The notes under the pieces are model-generated. The model saw nothing but the letters and a program-made list of their open reading frames with translations, had not been told where the DNA came from and made no database searches. Made by a program: the position numbers and the translations under genes. Below, piece after piece: positions 27,193-36,972 of a stretch of DNA of 64,000 nt. Where the stretch lies: the NCBI GenBank assembly GCA_938004185.1, contig CALKWN010000065.1, positions 633,943 to 697,942 of the forward strand. The letters are read 5' to 3'. This DNA is from an uncultured candidate division WWE3 bacterium (GTDB lineage: Bacteria; Patescibacteriota; WWE3; UBA101185; UBA10185). The stretch's first letter is position 1, and each line of letters begins with the position of its first letter.

Positions 27193-27388
27193 ACTAAAGG
27201 TCTACCGGGCAATGCATAATCTAACTCAGGAGCAACTTGCGGATAAAATTAATGTGAGCAGACAAACCGTCATTGCTATTGAAAATGATAAATACCTCCC
27301 AACCCTAGGCCTTGCATTTAAAATCGCAAATTTATTTAAAGTTAAAATTGAGGATATTTTTTCATATGAAGAAAATAATGAAAATTAG
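27176..27388 (+). CDS. XRE-family HTH transcriptional regulator (YozG-like)
   Basis: 'LTQEQLADKINVSRQTVIAIENDKYLPTLGLAFKIANLF' is a classic Cro/C1-type HTH. Confidence 0.8.
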   Translation: MVMKNKLKVYRAMHNLTQEQLADKINVSRQTVIAIENDKYLPTLGLAFKIANLFKVKIEDIFSYEENNEN

Positions 27389-27785
27389 AAACTCCCGGGA
27401 AAAGGTTTTTTACATAATCGCGATAGGCATAAGCATAACCTTTCTATTCTTATTTATAGGTTCTGTGTGGATCGGGTACGAAGCTAAAAATATTTGTCAG
27501 AACGCCAAGTGGCAATATAGCGGAGATTGTGTGGAAGCACTGATTACTCAACTAGACGACCAACATCAGGGCTACAGAACAAGAAATCATGCTATTTGGG
27601 CACTCGGTCAATTCGGAGATTCACGCGCTCTGCCGATTCTTGAAAAATACTACACAGGAGTTATTCCCGACAGAGAACCTTTAGATGAAACAATAAGCCA
27701 GTATGAGTTGGAAAAAGCTATTAAACTGGTTGAGGGTGGAACTAATATTACATCGTGGCTTTGGCGCAGTGAGTTGTCTGAATAA
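27366..27785 (+). CDS. Membrane-anchored HEAT/PBS-lyase repeat protein
   Basis: N-terminal TM helix. 'NHAIWALGQFGDSRALPILEKYY' is a HEAT_2-type repeat. Confidence 0.45.
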   Translation: MKKIMKIRNSREKVFYIIAIGISITFLFLFIGSVWIGYEAKNICQNAKWQYSGDCVEALITQLDDQHQGYRTRNHAIWALGQFGDSRALPILEKYYTGVIPDREPLDETISQYELEKAIKLVEGGTNITSWLWRSELSE

Positions 27786-27835
27786 TTTTCTGATACAATG
27801 AATTTAGTAAGGTCGCCGTTAGTCGCGAACCGTTT

Positions 27836-28303
27836 ATGAGCAAATTACTACTCGTAATTCTTGTTTTAGGTGCCAGCGCACTAATTTTCTATATTGTCGC
27901 GGGGAATTCCAGCATTTTACCTCCCGAAGCAGAAATTGATGAAAATATTGATTACGAAATGGTAAAGGAGGGTTTACAAGAACAGGGTAGAAGAACCGTT
28001 TATGGAAGCTGTAATGACATCCCCAATTCAAGCAATTGCATAGATTATGTAGGATCAATGTGGAAGGACAACAACTCTGCAGAGTTAAATTGCGGCGAAG
28101 ACAGAAATTTTTCTACCAACGCTTGCCCTTACTCACAACTCGGGGGTTGCCAGGCTAACGGCGGAACTGTAATGGAGATAATCGCCTGGGTTTACGAAGA
28201 GGGGCCCGGACAGTACACCGAGGAAGTAGTAGCTGACGCCGCAAAAGCTTGCAATAGTATTCCAAACGGAAAGTGGGTAACTCCGGAGAGTTTTTTGGAG
28301 TGA
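27836..28303 (+). CDS. Secreted Cys-containing protein, unknown function
   Basis: Signal peptide 'LLLVILVLGASALIFYIVAG' and 6 Cys. Confidence 0.35.
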   Translation: MSKLLLVILVLGASALIFYIVAGNSSILPPEAEIDENIDYEMVKEGLQEQGRRTVYGSCNDIPNSSNCIDYVGSMWKDNNSAELNCGEDRNFSTNACPYSQLGGCQANGGTVMEIIAWVYEEGPGQYTEEVVADAAKACNSIPNGKWVTPESFLE

Positions 28304-28447
28304 TAAACCCCTGTTTTTACTTCAAGTACCCCGACCTTTACAAAGTAACATGTGTTTGCTACAATAGCCATTGCTGCAATATCAAGTGTTGTAGTAAATA
28401 AATAAAAACCAAAAATAAAAACTGAATAGAAACGAAAGGAGATATAA

Positions 28448-29230
28448 ATGGAAGGCCAGAATTTGGTATCCAGACCTTGCGACTGGTGCAGTCGTGGTGG
28501 TGTTGTGGGGGATGGTAATGGGTGGTTCCGGGACAGTGACGTAGACTTCAGCAGTCGAGGTTACAGCGGAATTCCTGTATGCGGTGGTTGTGGAGGTCTT
28601 GGGGTGCAGTACGACACACCTGACTTCGCGCAAAGAACCAAACGCATAATGGAATTACGTTTCGAGTTTCATCCAACGGATGCCCTACCCGATCCACCTG
28701 AAATACTGCTATACCTAACGCTTAAAAAACTCATAAAAGAAGTGAGGGATCTTGTGGAAAAATATCCGACAGAGAACAAAAGCTGTTATGCACAAGTAAT
28801 TTCGGACGGCAGGCTTGATAAGGTTCTTGAGCTACTAAAAGTAGAAGTGGACGCCATGATAGATACTTTGGAAAATGACGAGCCTCCTCCCGAAGCTGTA
28901 GAAATGCTTCCTGCTTTGAAAGCCGTTTACAGCGGTGAGGTGGACAAGGGACTGGAATACATGTTGAAAATTTTGGAAAATAATCCGAACGATTCATTGT
29001 ATGTCCACGATTACGGTATTCTACTTTTACGGTTTAAGCGGGATGCGGAGGGCGCCTTAGCTCAATTTATCAAAGCAACAGAGCTAGAGCCGAAAAAAAC
29101 CGATCATTTCTTTGATGTTATTAGGCTTTTGAGCTCTCTAGGCAGAAACGCCGAAGCGGAAGAATACCTGGAAAAAGCTAAAACTGCCCCTGATTATAAA
29201 GATGTTGTGACCGAAATGATCGGAGAATAA
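28448..29230 (+). CDS. Protein with N-terminal Cys4 zinc-ribbon-like region and C-terminal TPR-like repeats
   Basis: 'CDWCSRGG...GIPVCGGCGG', then helical repeat region 'ALAQFIKATELEPKKTDHFFDVIRLLSSLGRNAEAEEYLEKA'. Confidence 0.4.
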   Translation: MEGQNLVSRPCDWCSRGGVVGDGNGWFRDSDVDFSSRGYSGIPVCGGCGGLGVQYDTPDFAQRTKRIMELRFEFHPTDALPDPPEILLYLTLKKLIKEVRDLVEKYPTENKSCYAQVISDGRLDKVLELLKVEVDAMIDTLENDEPPPEAVEMLPALKAVYSGEVDKGLEYMLKILENNPNDSLYVHDYGILLLRFKRDAEGALAQFIKATELEPKKTDHFFDVIRLLSSLGRNAEAEEYLEKAKTAPDYKDVVTEMIGE

Positions 29231-29406
29231 ATCGATCAGAATTAAGCAATTGCGGCTGCCTATTTACATACAAAGTAATAGCAGCCGCACTATTTTCGCC
29301 AAAAACCGTATCTTTAATACTAGTCGAAACTTTATCCTGTAGCTTTGCGCAGGAATACCTAACGTTGTATAATCACCAAAACTCAAACAATAGAAGGAGA
29401 TGAAAA

Positions 29407-29742
29407 ATGCAAGACTTAAAAAAGTACTGGTCAATTACTGTTATTGTGTTGGTAGCCGTAGCGGCTACAACGATCGCCGGATGGGTCAGTGTCGTAAAGC
29501 CCGAGCTGTATCTCAAAGAAAGTATCGGATCTGCTTTTTGGTATTTACCGGGTTGGATCCTTATTATCATGTGGGCTATAAATGGGACAAAAAAGCTTAA
29601 CCGACCTCTGGTTGCACTAAGTGCGGTGGTAGCGTATGCGCTTAGTATTCTGTTGCTTTTTGCTCCGGCTCTGCCTCCATCCTTTTACTGGTACTATCCG
29701 ATCGGCATTTGGTTTTTTGTTGTGTCAGTATTTTTTAGCTAG
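29407..29742 (+). CDS. Small membrane protein
   Basis: 111 aa, 4 TM helices. Confidence 0.35.
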   Translation: MQDLKKYWSITVIVLVAVAATTIAGWVSVVKPELYLKESIGSAFWYLPGWILIIMWAINGTKKLNRPLVALSAVVAYALSILLLFAPALPPSFYWYYPIGIWFFVVSVFFS

Positions 29743-30061
29743 CAGAACAAGAACCGTTTAATGCCCTATTTTATTGCCTGTTCCAACTAAAAATTTTGGG
29801 AAAGGACAGGTCCAGCAACGCCTTAAGATATTAACAAACTTAAGGCGTTTTTTCTTTTGTGCCGCTTTTAAGAAATTTTTTAGAAAACATACCTTCCCAC
29901 TATACGAGATCAACAAACCTGCTGTAATATATGTTTATGTCATTAATAGTAATAGAGATAAAAAAATTCATTCAGAAGTATCCTTTTGCAGTTGCTGTTA
30001 TAGCAATAGGAATTATTGTTTTGATAGCTTTTAACTAATCCCAAACCACCCCTTATCGGTC

Positions 30062-30100
30062 ACACTATAGGTTGACGGATGGGGGATTTTGTTGTAAAAT
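30062..30100 (+). promoter_or_regulatory. sigma70-type promoter with conserved upstream ACACTATAGG element
   Basis: ACACTATAGG (30062-30071), then TTGACG (30072-30077), a 17-nt spacer, then TAAAAT (30095-30100). RBS agaggagg and an ATG at 30143 follow. Confidence 0.6.
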
Positions 30101-30142
30101 TCACGGGTCGCTAAAATCAAGAGATAAATAGAGGAGGTACTA

Positions 30143-30664
30143 ATGAAGGCAAAAATGATTTTTTTGTCTGTTTTTGTCGTTTTGGCCATTTTGGCCGCGG
30201 GTGTGAACAATGTTTCCGCTTCCTCGGGGTACGGAAACAACGAATGTCCAGATGGGTCAAAGGAAGGACATTTTTGTGCTTTGTCGGTCGGCAATCCTGA
30301 AGACGGGAAACCAGCTGCAGAGTGGGCCAACCCAAGCTGTGCGGTTTTAAAGATGTTCGAAGATGAAAAAGGGTGGGAACTAAGGTTTACGGAGAATTGC
30401 TCTGCTCAGCCCCCGACCCCAATTCCAACGGAACAACCAAAACCCACAGAGCAACCTAAACCAACACAACCTGCGGAAGAAACTGATGTAAATCAACCAT
30501 TAGTCGTCACAAATACGACTCAATCATGCAATGATGAATGTATCTGCATTGAGTACGGACCGAGCACCCAAGAATTCATCGAAAGAATGGTAGACAAAAT
30601 ATCAGATCTTCTTCGAGATCTAGTAAAAATGATCGTCGACGCAATAATCGCGATCAACACATAG
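30143..30664 (+). CDS. Secreted protein with Pro/Thr/Gln-rich linker, unknown function
   Basis: Signal peptide 'MIFLSVFVVLAILAAGVNNVSA'. Repeats 'PTEQPKPTEQPKPTQP'. 8 Cys. Confidence 0.4.
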   Translation: MKAKMIFLSVFVVLAILAAGVNNVSASSGYGNNECPDGSKEGHFCALSVGNPEDGKPAAEWANPSCAVLKMFEDEKGWELRFTENCSAQPPTPIPTEQPKPTEQPKPTQPAEETDVNQPLVVTNTTQSCNDECICIEYGPSTQEFIERMVDKISDLLRDLVKMIVDAIIAINT

Positions 30665-30867
30665 CGACAAACAAAAAAGGCAGCTGCAAAAGAGATAAAG
30701 TTAAAAACTTTACTCCCAAAGCAAGCTGCCTTCTTCTTTTATAACCTAGCCTTTCGATAAAATACGAACATTACCCCATCACGAAATGCACCCTTCAAAT
30801 TTTACCCGACCAAATAAGTGTCCTATAATAAACTCAACCAAATTTTAAATCCAAGGAGGTGTTTTAA

Positions 30868-31539
30868 ATGTCCAAATTTATTTCAGTAATTGCTATAGCT
30901 GCCTTAGTAACAACAACCGGCGCGGTTCTTGCCCAGGGTGGGTCCAGTCAGGGAACACAGCAACAAAACAGAGTGCAAGACCCTACAACCCACGAGGATG
31001 GCACAGGAGGTACGGGTAATCAATATCAAAACGCTATACAAAATCAGGGCGAAACCCCTCAAATCAGAGCTAAGGAACAGGAAGGTCTTTTAGACGGCCA
31101 AGCCGGGCCTCAAGGATCGGCGGCAAGACAACAGATGAACATGGCCGGTCAGAAAATCGATGAGATTATAAATGCTCCCGGATTTCAGGGAGAAATCGGC
31201 GAACAAATAAAAGGCGTTGCGAAAGCCCAGAAACAGGCACAAAACGGAGCCTTGTTGGAGATAAACAAACTAGAATACAGAAACGAAATTGTTAAAAAAA
31301 TACTTGGCCCGGATTTCATGGCAATAGATAGCCTGAAACAGCACATGGAACAGAACAGACAAAGAATACAGGTTTTGCAGGAGTTGGCGAACAAAGTACA
31401 GAATCAAGCCGACCAAACAATGCTTCAGGAAGCTATACAGGCAATAGTAAACCAGAACACGGCACTCCAGGAACAGATACAAACGGAAGAAAGCACTGTT
31501 AGCATTTTCGGCTGGCTAATGAAGTTCTTGTCTAAATAG
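30868..31539 (+). CDS. Secreted Gln-rich coiled-coil protein
   Basis: Signal peptide, then Q/N-rich and heptad-like regions. Confidence 0.4.
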   Translation: MSKFISVIAIAALVTTTGAVLAQGGSSQGTQQQNRVQDPTTHEDGTGGTGNQYQNAIQNQGETPQIRAKEQEGLLDGQAGPQGSAARQQMNMAGQKIDEIINAPGFQGEIGEQIKGVAKAQKQAQNGALLEINKLEYRNEIVKKILGPDFMAIDSLKQHMEQNRQRIQVLQELANKVQNQADQTMLQEAIQAIVNQNTALQEQIQTEESTVSIFGWLMKFLSK

Positions 31540-31722
31540 ATAAAATACAAACAACATTTTAGATTTAACCTCTAAGATGTTGTTTTTTTGTGTCAAAAAC
31601 CTAGTTTTTATAATCACAAACCCCTACCATCACTTTCAGATAAAAGACTTATAGTTTACCCAGAATCGTTATCGTGCTACAATCCACAAACACAAAAAAC
31701 TACTAATAAAAGGAGAGCAGAC

Positions 31723-32109
31723 ATGGAATTTTTAACTGCATTTGCGTACGTTATGGTTGGTGTAGTGGCAGGTTTTGCCTTGGGACACCTATGGACTAAA
31801 TATTACTGCTGTAAGCCGCATATGGAATACTCCGAATTTAAGGAAATTTTCAGAAACAGCAAAAGTTCCACTGCCGTAGTCACAAGCCTGTCAAAAATGT
31901 TTGCGGGAGAAATTCCGTACCCGCGTTGGAACGATATCTTAAGAGTGTACGGACACACTAAAGAAGAAGACATCTACCCGATTGAGTTTTTGGCACTCTG
32001 GGTGTTTGCCGAAAAATATAAAAAAGAAAAATATATTTTACGGAAATATCCTAACTGCAAAGAAACGGCAGAAAAAATCAAAAGGGGTGAAACTATAAAT
32101 AAAACTTAG
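31723..32109 (+). CDS. Membrane-anchored small protein
   Basis: Start taken at MEFLTAFAYVMVGVVAGFALG (TM helix), which is more plausible than the upstream ORF-track start. Confidence 0.3.
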   Translation: MEFLTAFAYVMVGVVAGFALGHLWTKYYCCKPHMEYSEFKEIFRNSKSSTAVVTSLSKMFAGEIPYPRWNDILRVYGHTKEEDIYPIEFLALWVFAEKYKKEKYILRKYPNCKETAEKIKRGETINKT

Positions 32110-32271
32110 TTTCTCTCCAAAAACCGCACCTGTGAATTTACAAAAAAATCACGGGTGCTTTTTTTATTCCCCGGTGATATATTAACCCCAATACCCAAGA
32201 TTCCAATCAAGGAGCGAGAAAATATTTCTTAAACAAAACTTAATAGCCCTTTGACAAATAAAAAGGAGGAG

Positions 32272-33288
32272 ATGATGGCCGGAAAACACTCTCTGAGGTT
32301 GAGCAAAAGCTCTGTCGGAATGTATCTTCAGTGCCCTAAAAGTTATTGGTTTTCTAAAAAACTGACCTCGAAAACCGATTATCCAAGGCTTATGGGAACT
32401 GAAATACATAAATTTATTGCCAAAATGCACTCGTCCAATAAAAACCCTCTCTATTTCAAAAGCATAAACAGTGCGAGAAAGGCATGGTTTTGGACATGGC
32501 GTACGGCGTTGGAAGAAAACAACGAAAAAATGGTGAGCAGATCTAAGGAAATGGACGATGACTACGGCAAAGCCGGATGGTTCTGTGTCTACAACTACTG
32601 GAGACAAAACTTAAACAAACCGACTCCCTTTATGGTAGAAAAAAGGTATGAGCACCCACTTTTCCCTAGAGTCAACTTCGTGGGAATATTTGACCAGATA
32701 AGAAAAATGGACATCGAAAAAATTGCCGAAATACGACCCGAAATCGTTAAAGACGGTAAACTTGAAGAAGGATACGCACCGGTGGTTATAGTCGACTGTA
32801 AAACCGGAAAAGGTTCATATGACCCGAGACGGTATAACCCTGAAATAACCCCTATACAGCTGGCGGCCCATCAATTCGAGCTTCACGAAGATCTACAAGT
32901 TACGGCGTATTACTGGCTCTATTACCAAATCCATAAAAAAATACCGGTAGCTTTCTACTGGTATCACCTAAGAGACGGTAAGGCGTTCATGACGTATAGA
33001 ACCAAAAAAGATTTCAACACTTTTCTTGAAATAATGAACCATGTTGTTGACGGAATAAAAGCTGAGTCTTATCCGAAACATCCGGGAAATCACTGCAAAA
33101 GGTGTGACTATTTTAAGGAGTGTGCAGAACTACGTGAAGATCGACCGCTCATGGCCGTTGAACCTACAGACGGAATAGATACTGGCGGGAAAAACCATTT
33201 CTGGCCAAAAATTCAGGTATCGGGACCGGAGCAATTGCGTTTCAATTTTCGCCCTCCCCGAACACCGAGAAAGCTTACAAAGAAGTGA
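32272..33288 (+). CDS. PD-(D/E)XK nuclease of the RecB/Cas4 type with Cys cluster
   Basis: 'IVDCKTGK' resembles the RecB-family (V/I)D(Y)KTG motif. One N-terminal Cys ('LQCPKSY') and three C-terminal Cys ('HCKRCDYFKEC') fit a Cas4/AddB-like 4Fe-4S arrangement. RBS aggagga. No CRISPR array nearby. Confidence 0.6.
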   Translation: MMAGKHSLRLSKSSVGMYLQCPKSYWFSKKLTSKTDYPRLMGTEIHKFIAKMHSSNKNPLYFKSINSARKAWFWTWRTALEENNEKMVSRSKEMDDDYGKAGWFCVYNYWRQNLNKPTPFMVEKRYEHPLFPRVNFVGIFDQIRKMDIEKIAEIRPEIVKDGKLEEGYAPVVIVDCKTGKGSYDPRRYNPEITPIQLAAHQFELHEDLQVTAYYWLYYQIHKKIPVAFYWYHLRDGKAFMTYRTKKDFNTFLEIMNHVVDGIKAESYPKHPGNHCKRCDYFKECAELREDRPLMAVEPTDGIDTGGKNHFWPKIQVSGPEQLRFNFRPPRTPRKLTKK

Positions 33289-33388
33289 GTACTAAAAAAA
33301 GGCACCTAAGTTTTTTATAAACAAGGGTGCCCTTTCCTTTTTGTTATAATGCGCGTATAAATAGTTTTTTCAGAGGAGGTGATTTCTT

Positions 33389-33691
33389 GTGAAAGGATTT
33401 CTGGATTTCGTAAGAGAACAGGGTGTTGTGGGATTAGCGGTAGGTTTTATTTTGGGAGGAGCGGTTTCAAAATTAGTAGCTTCGTTGGTAAGTGACATTG
33501 TCAGCCCCTTACTGGCACTGGCTCTAAAAAATATTGAAAACCTGCAGGGAGCTTATCTGCAAATAGGACATGCAAAACTTATGTGGGGCAACTTCCTGAA
33601 CGTACTTATCGATTTTATTGTTGTAGCTTTAGTTGTATATGTCGGGGTAAAAGTTCTTAAACTTGACCGTCTTGACAAGAAAAAGTCTTAG
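33389..33691 (+). CDS. mscL: Large-conductance mechanosensitive channel MscL
   Basis: 'KGFLDFVREQGVVGLAVGFILGGAVSKLVASLVSDIVSPL' is the canonical MscL TM1 region. 100 aa with two TM helices. Confidence 0.85.
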   Translation: MKGFLDFVREQGVVGLAVGFILGGAVSKLVASLVSDIVSPLLALALKNIENLQGAYLQIGHAKLMWGNFLNVLIDFIVVALVVYVGVKVLKLDRLDKKKS

Positions 33692-33695
33692 AGGC

Positions 33696-34658
33696 TTAAC
33701 CTCTATTTGCAGCTAAAAACTCGATAGCCAAAAAACAAACGTAAATTACTAAAAGTATTATGCCTTCTTTTCTTGAAATTGTGTTTTTGGATCGGGCAAA
33801 AAAGTAAAAACATATGAGGGCGATGAGTATGAAAACCAAGCTTTGAATAAAATTATTTTCAACAACCACTTTTCCGCCGTTCATAAAAACCAGACCTCCG
33901 AACAGCAGCGTATTCGCCGAAGCTGAACCTATGTAATCACCGAAGGCAACATCTTTTTTGTGCTTCTTTATACCCCGAACAGCAAGTAGTAATTCCGGAA
34001 GATTGGTACCTAAAGATAAAACTACGATACTGATCAAAAACGGGGAGATACTTAGCAGCCCCGAAAAATACAAAGTCTCCTTAACAATATATTCGCTTCC
34101 GATAAAAACCAACACCAAACCGCCCAATATTTTAAGCAAATTTATAATATGTACCCTACCGTCGTTTTGTAGCGACGCCTGCAGAGACTCGATTTTTTCC
34201 ACTATATTCTGTTTTCTCTGAACCATGTAAAGGGTCGAAATATAAAGTAGGATCATTAAAATCGCTTCAAAAGTTCCTACTCTTTTATCGGCTACTAAAA
34301 GCGCGGGAGCAATCGTTACGATCATTGTGGCAAGCAAACTCCTGCTATCCATGCTATGACTTAGATTTATTCCGTTCCCGAAAACAGCCAACAAAGGAAT
34401 TATCAATAAAAACATTACTACAACGCCGCCCAATAAATTTCCTACAAAAATCTGGGGGTCGCCTTCAACAACAGAGGTAATACCCACAGCAAGCTCAGGA
34501 ATGGAGGTAAGAAGGCCCAAAACAAAGAAAGACAAAGCAAAAGTGGATATTTTGAGCATTTTCGACGCTTTTTCAACTGCAGATATGATAAGACCGGCGC
34601 CTGACCATAAAATGAAAAACATAAAAACATAAATTAAAACACGGAGCAGAATGTTCAT
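33696..34658 (-). CDS. Ca2+/Na+ antiporter (CaCA family, YrbG-like)
   Basis: Two alpha-repeat motifs, 'SIPELAVGITS' and 'GTNLPELLLAVRGIKK'. About 10 TM helices. Confidence 0.75.
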   Translation of the reverse strand: MNILLRVLIYVFMFFILWSGAGLIISAVEKASKMLKISTFALSFFVLGLLTSIPELAVGITSVVEGDPQIFVGNLLGGVVVMFLLIIPLLAVFGNGINLSHSMDSRSLLATMIVTIAPALLVADKRVGTFEAILMILLYISTLYMVQRKQNIVEKIESLQASLQNDGRVHIINLLKILGGLVLVFIGSEYIVKETLYFSGLLSISPFLISIVVLSLGTNLPELLLAVRGIKKHKKDVAFGDYIGSASANTLLFGGLVFMNGGKVVVENNFIQSLVFILIALICFYFFARSKNTISRKEGIILLVIYVCFLAIEFLAANRG

Positions 34659-34744
34659 TAGTTAATTATCAGGAAAAAATGAGAATATTCAACCGTCGTA
34701 ATCATTTTTCCCCGTCACAACAACTTTAGCAACCAGCCCTAAAA

Positions 34745-35293
34745 CTAAATAACAAGATTTCTTAGCAAAAAACCACCGTAAGCAAACATAAAAGCTCCTA
34801 TCGCATTGGCTACTAGAGCTGTCCAGATATATTTCCATACAGGAACTTTATACATTCCCGCAATAATGCTTACTGCCTTGCCACCGTATCCCGGGATAAA
34901 TCGACCTAAAATCAAAAAAATCCAGGATCTTACTGGAAATTTCTTTTTAATAACGGGCACGGTAAATGTCTCGCCCTCGGTACCTGAGACGTCTCTTACC
35001 TTTAATCCGACATAATACTCTATCAAAGCGGCGATAGTATTTCCTACTGACGCTATTAGAGTTCCTGCTAAAACACCGTAAACTAAACCATTAACGAGGG
35101 TAAGAGAATCTGTGTTTACCGGGGTAACGCTAAGTAAAGCGTACAAAACCAAACTAACAATGGGTCCGAAAACTCCTGCGGATATTAAAAAGGCTTCGAG
35201 ATCATCAAAATATTTTAAAGCAAAATAAACTACAACTCCCGTAATAAGAATACCGATAATACTCCAAAAAGCGGTTTTTCTGCGTTCGTTCAT
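34745..35293 (-). CDS. DedA/TVP38-family membrane protein
   Basis: 182 aa, 4-5 TM helices, 'GRFIPGYGGKAVSIIAGMYKV'-type region. The call is moderate. Confidence 0.45.
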   Translation of the reverse strand: MNERRKTAFWSIIGILITGVVVYFALKYFDDLEAFLISAGVFGPIVSLVLYALLSVTPVNTDSLTLVNGLVYGVLAGTLIASVGNTIAALIEYYVGLKVRDVSGTEGETFTVPVIKKKFPVRSWIFLILGRFIPGYGGKAVSIIAGMYKVPVWKYIWTALVANAIGAFMFAYGGFLLRNLVI

Positions 35294-35361
35294 ATACCAA
35301 ATTATACTTCAAAGAAACACACCAAAGAACGGGTAAAAATTCTGCTATACTCTGCATAAGT

Positions 35362-36972
35362 ATGGGAACAAAAACCAAGATTGTGCTTTTTCTTATATTA
35401 ATAACTTTTCTGGGACTTTTTTTTCGTCTTTGGAATATTAATTTTGGTCTTCCTCATAGCTTTTACGCCGACGAACCCGAAATTGCCGAACTCGCCATTA
35501 AATATACTTACGAAATAAAAAATATTGTTTCCGAAGGAAATTACTACAAACTTATTCCGATTTCGTATGTATACGGAACTTTTCCCTCTTACCTTTTTAC
35601 GATTTTCACAATGGGGTTCAGCAAAATTTCAAATGTTATAGGAGATCCTGCTACAAAGTACGGCTTGTATGTGGCTATGAGGGTATTTAACGCAATTTTA
35701 AGTTTTTTAATAGTGCCGACTGTTTCTTATATTTTTTACAAACTCACCAAAAAAACAAAGCTTTCTCTTGTTGTTTATTTTCTTCTTGCACTGAATTGGA
35801 AACTTATTGTGCACGCTCACTACATCAATGCCGACATAATTTTAACGCTCCTACTTTCGTTGTCTTTTTTAACCACACTTCTCTATCTCGAAAAGCAAAA
35901 AGAAGATACCCTGCTGACATTAATTACGGGGGCTTTGCTTGGCCTAGCCATAGGCACTAAAATCACCGCACTTATATCTCTGCCTCTCTTCCTTTGGATT
36001 TTTTATAGTAAAGGTCGGTTGATGAATGTGCTCGGCCTTTTCTTCGTCGCGCTAACCGCCTTCGCCCTCTCAAATCCGTTTTCGCTGATTTTTGCAGGAG
36101 ATTTTACCTTCAGAATTTACGAAATGATTTTTAAAGAAGCGGGGCTTGTATTCGACTCCGTCGACACAGGTGTATGGAAATATTTAAAAGCCGTTTTGGA
36201 CATGATCACACCGGCGCTAGCAGTATTCGCAATCGCCGGAGTAATGGCTCAACATATGGAAAGAGACAAAACCCATTCGTCGCGTTTTAAACTTTTTCTT
36301 TTTTTGAACATAATTTTTTACATTTTGTTCTTTTCCCTTCAATCAAGAAGAGTCGATAGGTGGATTCTTCCGGTTCTTCCTATTATTATTTGTTTTTCAG
36401 CTTGGGGATTCGAAAAAACCCGCCCGAAAAAATGGTTAAGACGATTTGTGTTTGCAATAATTTTTATTACTTATATTTATTACCCTGCGCTACTGCTCAC
36501 TCAATTTCAAAGATGGACTCCGAAGTCCGCCGCTTATTTATGGGCCAAAGAAAACATACCCGAAACCACATCGACTTTGGTATACACAGAAGAAGGGCTT
36601 GACCCCATGAATAAACTTTCCGGAGCAAAGGTTTATCAGTACGAAGTTTACTCATCAAAGGGCGCCGAACTTTTCTACCCGAAAGATCCGGGATATTACG
36701 ATTACATTGTTATTTCATCGCGACCAATGGAAAACCACAAAAGACCGGAAGTCAAAAATACCTACCCGGAATATTACGAAAGGTGGTCTTACTTTCTCAA
36801 AGAATTGAACAACCGTGAAAAATTTGAAAAGATACAAGAATTTGAATTATCAAAACCAAATCTCATACCTTTATCTGATGTGACGATTTACAAAAGTAAG
36901 ACTAAAAAAGATTTACCGGTCGGTAGACCTGTTCCGTATTTACAGGTAATCTCTGAGTCTCTTACTCCTTGA
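35362..36972 (+). CDS. GT-C fold glycosyltransferase (ArnT/PMT-like, family 39/83)
   Basis: 536 aa with more than 10 TM helices. Acidic 'YADEPE' in the first extracytoplasmic loop, as in ArnT/PMT enzymes. C-terminal soluble domain. Confidence 0.5.
   Translation: MGTKTKIVLFLILITFLGLFFRLWNINFGLPHSFYADEPEIAELAIKYTYEIKNIVSEGNYYKLIPISYVYGTFPSYLFTIFTMGFSKISNVIGDPATKYGLYVAMRVFNAILSFLIVPTVSYIFYKLTKKTKLSLVVYFLLALNWKLIVHAHYINADIILTLLLSLSFLTTLLYLEKQKEDTLLTLITGALLGLAIGTKITALISLPLFLWIFYSKGRLMNVLGLFFVALTAFALSNPFSLIFAGDFTFRIYEMIFKEAGLVFDSVDTGVWKYLKAVLDMITPALAVFAIAGVMAQHMERDKTHSSRFKLFLFLNIIFYILFFSLQSRRVDRWILPVLPIIICFSAWGFEKTRPKKWLRRFVFAIIFITYIYYPALLLTQFQRWTPKSAAYLWAKENIPETTSTLVYTEEGLDPMNKLSGAKVYQYEVYSSKGAELFYPKDPGYYDYIVISSRPMENHKRPEVKNTYPEYYERWSYFLKELNNREKFEKIQEFELSKPNLIPLSDVTIYKSKTKKDLPVGRPVPYLQVISESLTP

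Noticed and set aside
11634-30100. Interpretation of the CACTATAGG elements as promoters for a phage-type single-subunit RNA polymerase
   Set aside because: Each copy is immediately followed by canonical -35 and -10 hexamers at ideal 17-nt spacing. The T7/SP6 specificity region (-17 to -12) is not conserved, and no single-subunit RNAP gene is present in the window. It is more likely an extended upstream element of host sigma70 promoters or a regulator site. The coincidence is reported under findings only as an observation.
32272-33288. Possibility of a CRISPR-Cas locus (because of the Cas4-like nuclease)
   Set aside because: Scanning both strands of the window found no regularly spaced direct repeats of 24-48 bp, and no cas1, cas2 or effector genes. 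I treat it as a stand-alone nuclease.
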